Part shown: positions 8,191 to 18,575 of the stretch, piece by piece
How positions within the stretch are numbered: position 1 is the stretch's first letter
How the letters are laid out: each line of letters begins with the position of its first letter
NCBI GenBank assembly: GCA_023433585.1
Contig: JAEZCL010000098.1
Location: 3,661 to 67,660 of the forward strand
Direction: 5' to 3'
DNA length: 64,000 nt
Source: Pseudomonadota bacterium
GTDB taxonomy: Bacteria > Pseudomonadota > Alphaproteobacteria > Caulobacterales > Caulobacteraceae
Position numbers and translations under genes: made by a program
The notes under the pieces: model-generated
Told to the model about the DNA's origin: nothing
Seen by the model: the letters and a program-made list of their open reading frames with translations, nothing else
Database searches by the model: none

Positions 8191-9381
8191 TCAGGCCAGC
8201 GCCTTCAGCTTGTCGACCAGATCGGTCTTCTCCCAGCTGAAACCGCCGTCCGCGTCCGCCTCGCGCCCGAAGTGGCCATAGGCGGCGGTGCGGGCGTAGA
8301 TGGGCCTGTTCAGGCCCAGGTGCTTGCGGATGGCGCGCGGCGTGGCGCCGCCGATCAGCTTCGGCAGCTCGCGCTCCAGCACCGTCTCGTCGATCTTGCC
8401 GGTGCCGTGCAGATCCACGTGGACCGATTGCGGCTCGGCCACGCCGATGGCGTAGGAGAGCTGGATCGTGCAGCGGTCCGCCAGGCCCGCGGCCACCACG
8501 TTCTTGGCCAGGTAGCGGGCGGCGTAGGCCGCCGAGCGGTCCACCTTGGTGGGGTCTTTGCCGCTGAAGGCGCCGCCGCCGTGGGGCGCCGCGCCGCCAT
8601 AGGTGTCGACGATTATCTTGCGGCCGGTCAGGCCGGAGTCGCCGTCCGGCCCGCCGATCTCGAACACCCCGGTCGGATTGATGTGCCAGACGGTCTCATT
8701 GGTGATGAAACCCTCGGGCAGCACCTCGGCCACCACCGGCTTGACGATGGCGGCCACGTCGGCCTGGGACAGGCCCTTGGCGTGCTGGGTCGAGACGACG
8801 ATGGAGGTGGCGCGCACCGGGCGGCCGTTCTCGTACTGCAGCGACACCTGGCTCTTGGCGTCGGGCTCAAGGCGTCTGTCGCCGCCGTGGCGCAGTTCGG
8901 CCAGGCGCTTCAGGATGCGGTGGCTGTAAGCCAGGGTGGCGGGCATCAGCTCGGGCGTCTCGTTCGAGGCGTAGCCGAACATGATGCCCTGGTCGCCGGC
9001 GCCCTCGTCCTTGCCCTCGGCGGCGTCGACGCCCACCGCGATATCGGCCGACTGACCGTGCAGGTGGTTTTCGAAGGTCAGGCCTTCCCAGTGGAAGCCG
9101 TCCTGCTCATAGCCGATGTCGCGCACGGCCGCGCGAACCGCGTTCTCGATCTCGGCCTCGATCCCGTCGACCCAGCCGCCGTTCTCCCAGACGCCCTTGC
9201 CCCGGATCTCGCCGGCCAGAACCACGCGGTTGGTGGTGGTCAGGGTCTCGCACGCCACCCGCGCCTCGGGATCCTTGGACAGGAAAAGGTCCACGATGGT
9301 GTCGGAGATGCGGTCAGCCACCTTGTCGGGATGGCCCTCGGACACGCTTTCGGAAGTGAAGACGAAGGAGGTGCGGCTCAC
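8191..9381 (-). CDS. metK: S-adenosylmethionine synthetase
   Basis: [19 protein letters not shown] and [16 protein letters not shown] motifs; GTG start estimated. Confidence 0.97.
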   Translation of the reverse strand: MSRTSFVFTSESVSEGHPDKVADRISDTIVDLFLSKDPEARVACETLTTTNRVVLAGEIRGKGVWENGGWVDGIEAEIENAVRAAVRDIGYEQDGFHWEGLTFENHLHGQSADIAVGVDAAEGKDEGAGDQGIMFGYASNETPELMPATLAYSHRILKRLAELRHGGDRRLEPDAKSQVSLQYENGRPVRATSIVVSTQHAKGLSQADVAAIVKPVVAEVLPEGFITNETVWHINPTGVFEIGGPDGDSGLTGRKIIVDTYGGAAPHGGGAFSGKDPTKVDRSAAYAARYLAKNVVAAGLADRCTIQLSYAIGVAEPQSVHVDLHGTGKIDETVLERELPKLIGGATPRAIRKHLGLNRPIYARTAAYGHFGREADADGGFSWEKTDLVDKLKALA

Positions 9382-9415
9382 AGGAGAAGCTCCGGATTTC
9401 GATGAAGCGTAAGCC

Positions 9416-9435
9416 ATATAAAGATATGCTTATAT
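9416..9435. promoter_or_regulatory. Putative SahR-type operator upstream of metK
   Basis: AT-rich near-palindrome ATATAAAG-ATAT-GCTTATAT directly upstream of metK; resembles my recollection of SahR sites. Confidence 0.55.
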
Positions 9436-9531
9436 CTTCAAGTGTTCTTGCGCGCGGGCCGGGCGGCTTCAGCGACGGCCTGGCTTGCGGCGACGCTTGG
9501 CGATCGGGCGATCACGCCGCATCCTGCGGTC

Positions 9532-9894
9532 ATGCGCATGATGATCATCAGCCTGGTCATGGCCCTCGCGGCGTCAGCCGCCGCAGGCCAGGTTCCGCCG
9601 CGCCCCGTCCATGGGGCGGACGGCTTCGATCAGCATCGCCGTCATGTCGACCGGCATCGCTATGAGATGGAGCGCCTGACCGCCCAGGCCGAGGCTCGGG
9701 CCGAGACTGCCCGGCGACAGCAGATCGAAACCAGCCAGACGCTTCGCGCGCTCGAGGCCGCGCGCCGGCCGTCGACACCCTATGTGGAGCGCGCCGCACC
9801 GCCCGCCGATCCGGCTGTCGCCGATGAACGCCGCCGCCACACCCGTGAAACCATCACCCAGATCGACGCCTGGCTGGATCGCACGCCGGATTGA
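9532..9894 (+). CDS. Hypothetical secreted protein
   Basis: Signal peptide MRMMIISLVMALAASAAAG followed by a charged helical body. Confidence 0.65.
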   Translation: MRMMIISLVMALAASAAAGQVPPRPVHGADGFDQHRRHVDRHRYEMERLTAQAEARAETARRQQIETSQTLRALEAARRPSTPYVERAAPPADPAVADERRRHTRETITQIDAWLDRTPD

Positions 9895-9918
9895 GTCTCG
9901 AACTGCGGATCCGGCGGA

Positions 9919-10488
9919 TCAGGCCCGCCCGCCCTGGGCCGACAGCATCGCCGCGTCCACGCCGATCCCCGCCAGGGCGCGGCTCCACTTCGCGGGCTGG
10001 TCGACGTCGAACACCAGATCCTCGGTCGGGTCGGCGGTCAGCCAGACGTTGTCGGCCAGCTCATCCTCCAGCTGGCCCTCGCCCCAGCCGGCGTAGCCCA
10101 GCACCAGGACCGAGCGCCGGGGGCAGGCGCCCGGGTCGCTCATGACCGCCAGGGCCTCGCGCGTGGCGGTGATGGCCAGGCCTTCGCCCACCAGCAAGGA
10201 GGCGTCCGGCGCGGTCCAGTCCGTGGTGTGCAGCACGAAGCCCCGTTCCCGATCCACCGGCCCGCCGGCCAGAACGGCCTGATCCGCCACGCGATCGGCG
10301 CCGGCCATCTCCAGCTTGTCCAGAATGGCCTTCAGGCTCACCCCGGCCACGGGGCGGTCGATGCGCAGGCCCATGGCATGGTCCCTCTGGTGGGCGCAAA
10401 GCAGGATCACCGCGTGCTCGAAACGCGGGTCGCCGATGCCGGGCATGGCCACCAGAAGCTTGCCCGCCAGAGACTGGAATTCCGACAT
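9919..10488 (-). CDS. YqgE/AlgH family protein
   Basis: LLVAMPGIGDPRF, GGPV..RGFVLH and LGYAGWGEGQLE motifs. Confidence 0.92.
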   Translation of the reverse strand: MSEFQSLAGKLLVAMPGIGDPRFEHAVILLCAHQRDHAMGLRIDRPVAGVSLKAILDKLEMAGADRVADQAVLAGGPVDRERGFVLHTTDWTAPDASLLVGEGLAITATREALAVMSDPGACPRRSVLVLGYAGWGEGQLEDELADNVWLTADPTEDLVFDVDQPAKWSRALAGIGVDAAMLSAQGGRA

Positions 10489-10529
10489 GACCCCATCATC
10501 GGCGGCGAACCCGCCCGTGGCAAGGCGGC

Positions 10530-11090
10530 TCACGGCTCCAGCTCGATGTCCCAGTAGAGATAGTCCAGCCAGCTGCGGTGCAGGTAATTGGGCGGGAAGC
10601 GGCGCCCCAGGTCCTGGAGCTGCCAGCTGTTGGGCCGATAGGGCGCGCGGCGGACGGGCATGTCGGCCTGGCGCGGCGTGCGGCCCCCTTTCCTGAGATT
10701 GCAGGGGGCGCAGGCGGCGACGATGTTCTCCCAGCTGGTGGTCCCGCCCTGAGAACGCGGCAGAACGTGATCGAAGGTCAGTTCGGCGCCCGAGCCGCAG
10801 TACTGACAGGCGAAGCCGTCGCGCAGGAAGACGTTGAAGCGGGTGAAGGCCGGGCTGCGGTCCTGATCGATGTAGCTCTTCAGCGACACCACGCTGGGCA
10901 GGCGGAATTCGAGCGACGGGCTGCGCACCACCTTGTCATAGGTCGAGACCACGTCCACCCGTTCCTGGAACACCGCCTTGACCACCTCCTGCCACGGCCA
11001 CAGCGACAGGGGGTAATAGGACAGCGGCCTGAAGTCGGCGTTCAGGACCAGGGCGGGGAAGCCGGACGGCGGACGGGTCAGGACCTGCAT
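10530..11090 (-). CDS. HNH endonuclease (conserved alphaproteobacterial type)
   Basis: ALVLNADF, RDGFACQYCG, TFDHVLPRS and ACAPCNLRKG motifs. Confidence 0.9.
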   Translation of the reverse strand: MQVLTRPPSGFPALVLNADFRPLSYYPLSLWPWQEVVKAVFQERVDVVSTYDKVVRSPSLEFRLPSVVSLKSYIDQDRSPAFTRFNVFLRDGFACQYCGSGAELTFDHVLPRSQGGTTSWENIVAACAPCNLRKGGRTPRQADMPVRRAPYRPNSWQLQDLGRRFPPNYLHRSWLDYLYWDIELEP

Positions 11091-11222
11091 CAGGCCCCGC
11101 CCGTTGTCTGACCGGGTGGGATCGAGGCGACGAGACTGAAGACAAGTCCTCCTTCACGCTCGGATACCGGAGAATCCTAGACCTGATTCGATGACGTCGC
11201 CATGACCTGAAGGCCACGCTTT

Positions 11223-11879
11223 TCAGGATTTGAGCGGCGGGGCGGGGAAGGGCGGCAGGCTCCAGCCCCACTTCAGCGCCCCGCCGCGAAGGACGAAGCC
11301 GAGGGCGGCGGCGATGGCTGCGGCGGTCCAGTTTCCGACCTCAATCATCCTCAGCGCCACATAGAGGGTGGAAGCCGCCAGGGCCGCCGAGACGGTGATC
11401 TCGCGCCGCAGCAGCACCGAGGGCTGGCCCGCCAGCAGGTCACGCACCACCCCGCCGAAACAGGCGGTCAGCACCCCCATGACGATGCAGATCAGGGGCG
11501 TGGCGCCCCAGGCTTACGCCTTGGCCGCGCCCACCACGCCCTAGGCCGCCAGGCCGAAGGCGTCGAGCCACAGCAGCAGGCTGAAGCGCCAGGGCCGCGC
11601 GCCCAGCATCCAGACCGCCAGGCTGGCCAGGATGCAGACGGCCAGATAGCGCCAGTCCGCCACCCAGAACACCGGCGCCCCGATCAGGAGATCGCGCAGG
11701 GTGCCGCCGCCCACGCCGGTGACGGCGGCGAAGAAGGCCACGGTGACCAGGTCGTGCCGATCGCGCGCGGCCGCCAGGGCGCCGGTGGCGGCGAACACGG
11801 CCACTCCGGCATAGTCCAGCGCCGCCAGGGGCGCGATGTCGGCGATGGGGATGTCGGGCGGGGTCAGTCCCGGGATCAT
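11223..11879 (-). pseudogene. Trimeric intracellular cation channel (TRIC/UPF0126) family gene with two in-frame stops
   Basis: One continuous frame reads GGGTLRDLL...LDAFGLAA*GVVGAAKA*AWGATPLICIVMGVLTACFGGVVRDLL; TAG at 11541-11543 and TAA at 11514-11516. Confidence 0.85.
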
Positions 11880-12526
11880 GGCGTCGTCTCCAGCGCGATC
11901 TCGCCGCGCCTGCCCCCGCCATACCACGCCCACAGAAGATGCGCCGCCACGCCCCGGTGCGGGCGCCACGCCTCGGCGCGCAGATAGGCGGCCTTCTCGT
12001 TCGGGCGATCGTCGGTCCCGTCGGCCCAGCGCATGGCCTCCTGCAGCGCCACGTCGCCGCCGGGGAACACGTCCAGTCGCCCCTCGCAGAACATCAGATA
12101 GGTCTCGGCCGTCCATTTGCCGACGCCCTTGATGGCGGTCAGAGCCGCCACCGCCTCGTCGTCGGCGAGGGTCTGCATGTGCTCCAGATCAATCCGGCCG
12201 TCCGCCTGGGCGCGGGCGATCTCCTGGCCATACCGGGCCTTCTGGCCGGACAGACCGAAGGCGCGCAGGGTCTCGATGTCGCGCGCCAGCACCGCCTCAG
12301 GCGTGACTTCGCCCAACCCCTCGCCCACGCGGCGCCAGATGGAGGCGGCGGCGGCCACCGACACCTGCTGCTCCACGATCATGCGGAACAGGCCCTCGAA
12401 CCCGCCGGGGCGCAGCCGCCACTCGAACACGGGGGTCATGGCGTGGACGCGGGCCAGGGCCGGGTCGGCTTCGGCGAGAACCTGGCGGGCGGCGGCGACG
12501 GCATCGGGAGGGGGCGCGGCGATCAT
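11876..12526 (-). CDS. DNA-3-methyladenine glycosylase, AlkA/HhH-GPD family
   Basis: IVEQQVS, helix-hairpin-helix LTAIKGVGKWTA, PGGD and WRPHR motifs. Confidence 0.9.
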   Translation of the reverse strand: MIAAPPPDAVAAARQVLAEADPALARVHAMTPVFEWRLRPGGFEGLFRMIVEQQVSVAAAASIWRRVGEGLGEVTPEAVLARDIETLRAFGLSGQKARYGQEIARAQADGRIDLEHMQTLADDEAVAALTAIKGVGKWTAETYLMFCEGRLDVFPGGDVALQEAMRWADGTDDRPNEKAAYLRAEAWRPHRGVAAHLLWAWYGGGRRGEIALETTP

Positions 12527-12621
12527 GGCTCCACTATGCCCGCCCGCGCGGCCAGGGGAAGCGCCGGAAGGCGTGTTCGGACCATGGAGTCCGCAAGCCG
12601 CCATCGGCTATGCTGACGCCG

Positions 12622-13470
12622 ATGGACTTCGTCACCCGCTTCGCCCCCTCGCCCACCGGCCTGCTGCACCGGGGGCATGCCTATTCCGCCCTCATGGCGC
12701 ACCGGGCGGCGCGGGCCGCGGGCGGACGCTTTATCCTGCGCATCGAGGACATCGACCGGACCCGCTGCCGCCCCGAATACGAAGCGGCGATCCTGGAGGA
12801 CCTGGCCTGGCTGGGTCTGGACTGGGACGGGCCGGTGCGGCGTCAGTCCGAGCATATGGGCGACTACGCGGCGGTCATCGCCGAGATGGACGGGCGCGGC
12901 CTGCTGTACCGCTGCTTCCGCACGCGCAGGGAGATTCTGGACGCCGTCGGCCTGGCTCCGCACGGCCCCGCCGACGCCGCCCGACCCGGCCCCCATGCGC
13001 TGGACGAGGAGGCGCGGCTCCTGGATCAGGGCCGCCCCTTCGCCTGGCGCCTGTCGCTGGACCGGGCGCGCGAGGCGCTGGGCCCGGCGTGGAACGACCT
13101 GGTCTTCATGGAGGAGGGCGCCGGGCCGGACGGCGAGACGGGCCTGATCCGCGCCCGGCCGGAAACGGCGGGAGACTTGGTGCTGGCGCGAAAGGACGCG
13201 GGCGTGGCCTATCATCTGGCCGCCGTCCACGACGATGCGCTCCAGGGCGTCACCCATGTGATCCGGGGGAACGATCTGTTCGAGGCCGCGCACATACAGC
13301 GCCTGATCCAGGCCCTGATGGGCCGGCCCGCCCCGACCTATCGCCACCACCGCCTGCTGACCGGCCCGGACGGCCGCCGCTACGCCAAGCGCGACCGCTC
13401 TCAGACCCTGGCCGAACTGCGCGCGGCGGGCGTGACGGCCGAGACGCTCCGGGCCGAGCTGGGTTTCTGA
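12622..13470 (+). CDS. gluQ: tRNA glutamyl-Q(34) synthetase
   Basis: TRFAPSPTGLLHRGH, LRIEDID and HVIRGNDL motifs; short, with no anticodon-binding domain. Confidence 0.9.
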   Translation: MDFVTRFAPSPTGLLHRGHAYSALMAHRAARAAGGRFILRIEDIDRTRCRPEYEAAILEDLAWLGLDWDGPVRRQSEHMGDYAAVIAEMDGRGLLYRCFRTRREILDAVGLAPHGPADAARPGPHALDEEARLLDQGRPFAWRLSLDRAREALGPAWNDLVFMEEGAGPDGETGLIRARPETAGDLVLARKDAGVAYHLAAVHDDALQGVTHVIRGNDLFEAAHIQRLIQALMGRPAPTYRHHRLLTGPDGRRYAKRDRSQTLAELRAAGVTAETLRAELGF

Positions 13471-13473
13471 CCC

Positions 13474-14883
13474 TCAGTCCTTCAGCCGCCAGGTCGCCCC
13501 GGCCGGGCCGTCCATGACCACGATGTTCAGCACGTTCAGCCGGTCACGGATGCGGTCCGCCTCGGGCCAGTTCTTTTCCGCCCGCGCCGCCGCGCGCTGC
13601 TGAAGCAACGCCTCCACCTCGGCCTTGAGCGCCTCGTCCGCCCCGCCCTCGAACCAGGCGTCGGGGCCGGCCTGCAGAACGCCCAGAACGGCGCCGCCCG
13701 CCAGAAGCCGCCCCTTGGCCTCGGCCACGGCGGCTTCGTCGCCTGCCGTCATGGCCCGCTCGATCTCACCGGACAGGGCGAACAGGGCCGCCATGGCGCC
13801 GGGGGTGTTCAGGTCGTCCTGGATCGCCTTCAGGAATTCCGGCGAGGGCGCCTCGCCCGCCGCCGGGACACCCGAAGCCCGCCGCAGCGCCTGATAGAGC
13901 CGGTCCAGGTTCTTCCTCGACTGGTCCAGCAGCGCCTGGTTCCAGTCCAGCGGCTGGCGGTAGTGCGCGCTGAGCAGGGCCCAGCGCACCACCTCGCCGG
14001 GCATGTGCCGCACCAGATCGTGCAGCAGCAGCACATTGCCGACGGACTTGGACATCTTCTCCGCGTCCACGGTCAGAAAGCCGTTGTGCATCCAGTAGCG
14101 GGCGTATTCCTGGTGCGCGTCCTCGCCATGGGCATGGCCATGGGCGCAGACGCCCTGGGCGATCTCGTTCTCATGATGCGGGAACACCAGGTCGATCCCG
14201 CCGCCGTGGATGTCGATGGGCAGGCCGAGATTCGCCTCGATCATGGCCGAGCATTCGATGTGCCAGCCGGGCCGCCCCGGCCCCCAGGGCGACTCCCACG
14301 ACGGCTCCCCGTCCTTTGACGGCTTCCACAGCACGAAGTCATGGGGATTGCGCTTGTAGGGCGCCACCTCGACTCGCGCCCCGGCCACCATCTCGTCCAG
14401 GTCTCGTCCGGACAGGCGGCCGTAGTTCCCGTAGGCCGCCACGTCGAACAGCACATGGCCCTCGGCCGCATAGGCGCAGCCCTTCTCGATGATGGCGCCG
14501 ATCTGGGCGACGATGGCGTCCATGTGGGCGGTGACATGGGGCGCCATCGTGGGCGGCAGCACGTTCAGCTGCGCCATGTCCTCCAAGTATGCGGCCTCGT
14601 AGCGCGCGGTGATCTCGCCGATGGGCACGCCTTCCTTAGCCGCCTTGGCGTTGATCTTGTCGTCCACGTCGGTGACGTTTCGCGCATAGATCACGGCGTC
14701 CTCGCCGTATCGGCGGCGCAGCAGGCGGAACAGCACGTCGAACACCACCGGCGGGCGCGCGTTGCCGATATGGGCGTAGTCATAGACCGTGGGGCCGCAC
14801 ACATACATCGTCACCCGCTCGGGATCGCGCGGTTCGAAGACCCGCTTTTCGCGGATGAGGGTGTCGTGCAGGTGGAGCGTCAT
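13474..14883 (-). CDS. cysS: Cysteine--tRNA ligase
   Basis: [24 protein letters not shown] and KMSKS motifs. Confidence 0.97.
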   Translation of the reverse strand: MTLHLHDTLIREKRVFEPRDPERVTMYVCGPTVYDYAHIGNARPPVVFDVLFRLLRRRYGEDAVIYARNVTDVDDKINAKAAKEGVPIGEITARYEAAYLEDMAQLNVLPPTMAPHVTAHMDAIVAQIGAIIEKGCAYAAEGHVLFDVAAYGNYGRLSGRDLDEMVAGARVEVAPYKRNPHDFVLWKPSKDGEPSWESPWGPGRPGWHIECSAMIEANLGLPIDIHGGGIDLVFPHHENEIAQGVCAHGHAHGEDAHQEYARYWMHNGFLTVDAEKMSKSVGNVLLLHDLVRHMPGEVVRWALLSAHYRQPLDWNQALLDQSRKNLDRLYQALRRASGVPAAGEAPSPEFLKAIQDDLNTPGAMAALFALSGEIERAMTAGDEAAVAEAKGRLLAGGAVLGVLQAGPDAWFEGGADEALKAEVEALLQQRAAARAEKNWPEADRIRDRLNVLNIVVMDGPAGATWRLKD

Positions 14884-15011
14884 GGGGCCGCGTGCTATCC
14901 GTTTTCTTGCGGGACGCACCGGTCGTCCCATATAGGCGTGTCGCGGTGCAATATACCGCCGTCGTCACGATTGGGAGCCGATTAGGGCTCCCGCCCTTTA
15001 GAAAGCGTGTC

Positions 15012-15641
15012 ATGGACCTTTCATCCAAAGCCGGTCTGGCCAAGCCCGTTCTGGTCAGCGACGACGGCGCCGTGAGGCGCCCCAGCCGGGAACAGGCCAT
15101 GGAGGCGGTGCGCACCCTGATCGCCTGGGCCGGGGACGATCCGTCGCGCGAGGGCCTGATCGACACGCCACGCCGCGTAGTGGACGCCTATGGCGACTGG
15201 TTCCAGGGCTATGACGCCGACGCGGCCAAGGAGCTGAGCCGCACCTTCGAGGACGTCCAAGGCTATGACGACATGGTCATGCTGCGCGACATCGAGGTGG
15301 AGAGCCACTGCGAACACCACATGGCCCCGTTCCTGGGCAAGGCCTATGTGGCCTATGTGCCGACCGAGAAGGTGGTGGGCATCTCCAAGCTGGCGCGGGT
15401 GGTGGAGATTTTCTCCAAGCGGCTCCAGACCCAGGAGACCCTGACCCAGGAGATCGCCCAGGCCATCGAGGACAACCTGCTTCCCGCCGGGGTCGCCGTT
15501 CTGATCGACGCGGAGCATCAGTGCATGACCACCCGGGGCGTGCACCACCGTCATGTCTCCACCATCACCACCCGCTTCACCGGCGCCTTCAAGACCGACC
15601 AGGCCTTGCAGGACCGCTTCCTGAAGCTGGCGCGGGGGTGA
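15012..15641 (+). CDS. folE: GTP cyclohydrolase I
   Basis: SHCEHH, GISKLAR, QTQE and HQCMTTRG motifs. Confidence 0.95.
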   Translation: MDLSSKAGLAKPVLVSDDGAVRRPSREQAMEAVRTLIAWAGDDPSREGLIDTPRRVVDAYGDWFQGYDADAAKELSRTFEDVQGYDDMVMLRDIEVESHCEHHMAPFLGKAYVAYVPTEKVVGISKLARVVEIFSKRLQTQETLTQEIAQAIEDNLLPAGVAVLIDAEHQCMTTRGVHHRHVSTITTRFTGAFKTDQALQDRFLKLARG

Positions 15642-15649
15642 GCCGCCCC

Positions 15650-16064
15650 CGTCCTTCTCCCGAGGGGAGAAGGGGGAACCCGCGCACCGGAGCGCATAGC
15701 GCGACGGTTCTTGCGCGGGGGTGGAGGAAGGAGCGGCGAAGCCGATCCAACGGCGGGGCGTTCGTTGGTTGCCGGTTCGCACCGTAACCCCTCACCCTGC
15801 GCGCCAAGAAGCGGTCTGCTTCGCATCCCGTTGCGCTCAAGCCCTCTCCCATCGGAGACCTTTGCGTAATTCTTATCTCCGCTCATCCCCGCGAACGCGG
15901 GGACCCAGTTCTGTCCAGCTTGACGCCGACGCTTCAGGACTGGCGAGCGGTGGATGACCCTTTCCCGCTGCAACACCCAAAGGACTGGGTCCCCGCGTTC
16001 GCGGGGATGAGCGGAAGTTTTTGAGCCACTGGCAGTTATGCAAAGGTCTCCATCGGGAGAGGGA
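15650..16064. repeat. CIR/RIME-like intergenic repeat, interrupted by a MITE in its right hairpin
   Basis: Left hairpin CCTTCTCCC..GGGGAGAAGG and internal CCCCTCACCC; the right hairpin CCCTCTCCC-ATC-GGGAGAGGG is restored when 15855-16050 and one CATCG are removed. Confidence 0.65.
15855..16050. mobile_element. 196-bp MITE-like element, copy 1
   Basis: Terminal inverted repeats GAGACCTTTGCGTAA / TTATGCAAAGGTCTC; CATCG on both flanks; internal perfect 31-bp IR; second copy at 59785. Confidence 0.85.
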
Positions 16065-16072
16065 AGCTGAAT

Positions 16073-17203
16073 CTAATATCCCCCCGCGCGCGCCACGCGC
16101 TCGGCGTGGAACCCGGCGTCGCCGAACAGCTCGTTCAGAACCCGCACGCGCTTCATGAACAGGCCCACGTCGAATTCGTCCGTCATGCCGACGCCGCCGT
16201 GCATCTGCACCGCCTCCTGCACCGCCAGTTCGGCCACGCGCCCCGCCTTGGCCTTGGCCACCGAAACAGCGAACGCGGCGGCCTCATCGCCCGCATCCAG
16301 CTTCTGAAGCGCGGCCAGGGTGGCCGCGCGCACGCTCTCCAGCTCGGTGAACAGGTGGGCCGCCCGGTGCTGCAGCGCCTGGAACTCGCCGATCAGCTTG
16401 CCGAACTGTTTGCGGGTCTTCAGATAGTCAGTGGTGATCCTGAACGCCTGATCGCCCGCGCCCAGCAGGGATGACGCCGCGCACGCCCGGCCCAGATTCA
16501 GTGCGCCTTCCAGAATTTCGCCCCCGCCGTCCACCGGCCCGATCACGGCCCCGGCGGTCACCGCCACATCGCTCAGCGTCACCCGCGCGGCGTTGTGGGC
16601 GTCCACCATCAGGGTGCGCTCCACCTGGACCCCTGCCGTTTTTGGATCGATCAGGAACAGGGTCAGCCCGTCCATCCCTTCGCCGGAGGTGCGCGCCGCC
16701 ACGATCAGGGCGTCGGCTGCATGGCCGTCCAGCACGAAGCCCTTGGCGCCATTCAATTTGAAGCCGTTGCCCGACCGCTCGGCCGTGGTCGTGATGCGGT
16801 GCGGCCCATGCTTGGCGCCTTCGTCCACGGCCAGAGCGACAATCGCCTCGCCCGCCGCGATGCGGGGCAGCCAGGCCGCCTGCTGCTCCTCCGACCCGGC
16901 CTTCAGGGCCGTGGCCGACAGCACGGCGGACGACAGGAACGGCGAGGGCGTCAGGGTGCGTCCCAGCGCTTCGGCCACGACCCCCGCCTCAACGGCGCCC
17001 AGGCCCGAGCCGCCCTGCCCCTCCGGGATCAGGACGCCGGAAAAACCCATCTCACCGAAGCCGCGCCACAGGTCGCGGGACAGGCCGTCAGGATCGCGCG
17101 CGTCCCGCAGTTTTCTCAGGTGCGCGATGGGCGCGTTCTCAGCCAGGAACCCGTCGGCCGCCTCGGCCAGCATCTGCTGTTCGTCGGTCAGGATCAGGGG
17201 CAT
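16073..17203 (-). CDS. Acyl-CoA dehydrogenase (small partner, PimD-like)
   Basis: RKQFGKLIGEFQALQH and QMHGGVGMT motifs. Confidence 0.9.
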   Translation of the reverse strand: MPLILTDEQQMLAEAADGFLAENAPIAHLRKLRDARDPDGLSRDLWRGFGEMGFSGVLIPEGQGGSGLGAVEAGVVAEALGRTLTPSPFLSSAVLSATALKAGSEEQQAAWLPRIAAGEAIVALAVDEGAKHGPHRITTTAERSGNGFKLNGAKGFVLDGHAADALIVAARTSGEGMDGLTLFLIDPKTAGVQVERTLMVDAHNAARVTLSDVAVTAGAVIGPVDGGGEILEGALNLGRACAASSLLGAGDQAFRITTDYLKTRKQFGKLIGEFQALQHRAAHLFTELESVRAATLAALQKLDAGDEAAAFAVSVAKAKAGRVAELAVQEAVQMHGGVGMTDEFDVGLFMKRVRVLNELFGDAGFHAERVARAGGY

Positions 17204-17206
17204 GGG

Positions 17207-18409
17207 TCAGGCTCCCGGCAGGTTCAGCAGATGCTTGGCGATGATGTTGAGCTGGATTTCGCTGGTCCCGCCCTCGATGGAGTTGGCCTTGGTGCGCAGC
17301 CAGTCGCGCGCCGCCGCGCCGTCGCGGGACCGCTCGCCCTCCCACTCCAGCGCCTCCGAGCCGCCCGCCGCCATCATCAGTTCGTGGCGGCGCTTGTTCA
17401 GTTCCGAGCCGTAGTATTTCAGCACCGAACTCATGGCCGGATGGGCGCGGCCCGCCTTGGCCAGGTCGCCGGTCCGCTCCAGCGCCAGGCGGAAGGCGGC
17501 GGTGTCGATGTCCAGTTCGGCGATGCGGGCGCGAAGCATGGGCTCGTCCAGCCGTCCTGCTGCGTCCAGCCCGATGGAGTCGGTCGCGACCTGGCCCAGC
17601 GACGGCCCGCCCATGACCTCGCCCATGGCCCCGATCATGGTGCGCTCGTGGGCCAGCAGATATTTGGCCACGTCCCAGCCCCGGTTCAGCGTCCCGACCA
17701 GGTTTTCCTTCTCCACCCGCACGTCATCGAAGAAGGTCTCGCAGAAGGGCGACTTGCCGGAGATCAGGGTGATGGGCCGGGTCGAGACGCCGGGCGTGGT
17801 CATGTCGAACAGCACGAAGGAGATGCCCAGATGCTTGGGCGCCTCCGGGTCCGTGCGCACCAGACAGAAGATCCAGTCCGCCTTGTCGGCGTAGGAGGTC
17901 CACACCTTCTGACCGTTGACGATCCAGTGATCTCCGCGATCCTCGGCGCGGGTCTGGATTCCGGCCAGGTCCGAACCCGCGCCGGGTTCCGAATAGCCCT
18001 GACACCAGCGGATTTCCCCGCGCACGATTTCGGGCAGGAAACGCCGCTTCTGTTCCTCCGTGCCGAACTGCAGCAGGGCCGGGCCCAGCATCCAGACGCC
18101 GAAGCTGTTCAGGGCCGGCTGGGCCTTTATCCGGCGCAGCTCCGACACCAGCACCTTGGCCTGTTCGCGCGACAGGCCCCCGCCGCCGTATTCGGCGGGC
18201 CATTCCGGCGCGGTCCAGCCGCGCTCGCCCATGACCCGCAGCCATGTCTCATGGCCCGGCGTGGCGAAGACGGCGTTCCGGCCGCCCCAGATCATGTCGG
18301 CCTCGGAGCGCATCGGCCCGCGCACCTCGGCAGGGCAGTTCGCCTCCAGCCAGACGCGCGTTTCGGCGCGGAAGGCGTCCAGGTCGGGCGCGGGCTCGGG
18401 CTCGGTCAT
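17207..18409 (-). CDS. Acyl-CoA dehydrogenase (PimC-like)
   Basis: WCQGYSEPGAGSDLA, NGQKVWTS and IEGGTSEIQ motifs. Confidence 0.9.
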   Translation of the reverse strand: MTEPEPAPDLDAFRAETRVWLEANCPAEVRGPMRSEADMIWGGRNAVFATPGHETWLRVMGERGWTAPEWPAEYGGGGLSREQAKVLVSELRRIKAQPALNSFGVWMLGPALLQFGTEEQKRRFLPEIVRGEIRWCQGYSEPGAGSDLAGIQTRAEDRGDHWIVNGQKVWTSYADKADWIFCLVRTDPEAPKHLGISFVLFDMTTPGVSTRPITLISGKSPFCETFFDDVRVEKENLVGTLNRGWDVAKYLLAHERTMIGAMGEVMGGPSLGQVATDSIGLDAAGRLDEPMLRARIAELDIDTAAFRLALERTGDLAKAGRAHPAMSSVLKYYGSELNKRRHELMMAAGGSEALEWEGERSRDGAAARDWLRTKANSIEGGTSEIQLNIIAKHLLNLPGA

Positions 18410-18575
18410 GGGAGGGTCTCCTGCCGGGGCGTTTGCGGAACCCTACCGGGTCCGTGGTCAAAAGCTACCCTCTATCGGCCCGGAGCGTAACCGCTTTTGA
18501 GGCGGGTTCCGCTTGACGGACGCCGTCATACCGGCGACGAGAAATCCCAGATATTCAAGAGAGGAAACCGGTGTC

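Noticed and set aside
9382..9440. SAM riboswitch upstream of metK
   Set aside because: The leader is short and I see no riboswitch motif; the AT-rich palindrome fits a protein operator better
10530..11090. HNH nuclease as a mobile or defence element
   Set aside because: It has native codon usage, resembles the commonly conserved alphaproteobacterial HNH protein and has no mobile context
15879..16014. CRISPR repeat (CCCCGCG..CGCGGGG resembles type I-E repeats)
   Set aside because: There are only two units per locus, they are inverted rather than direct, and there is no spacer array or cas gene
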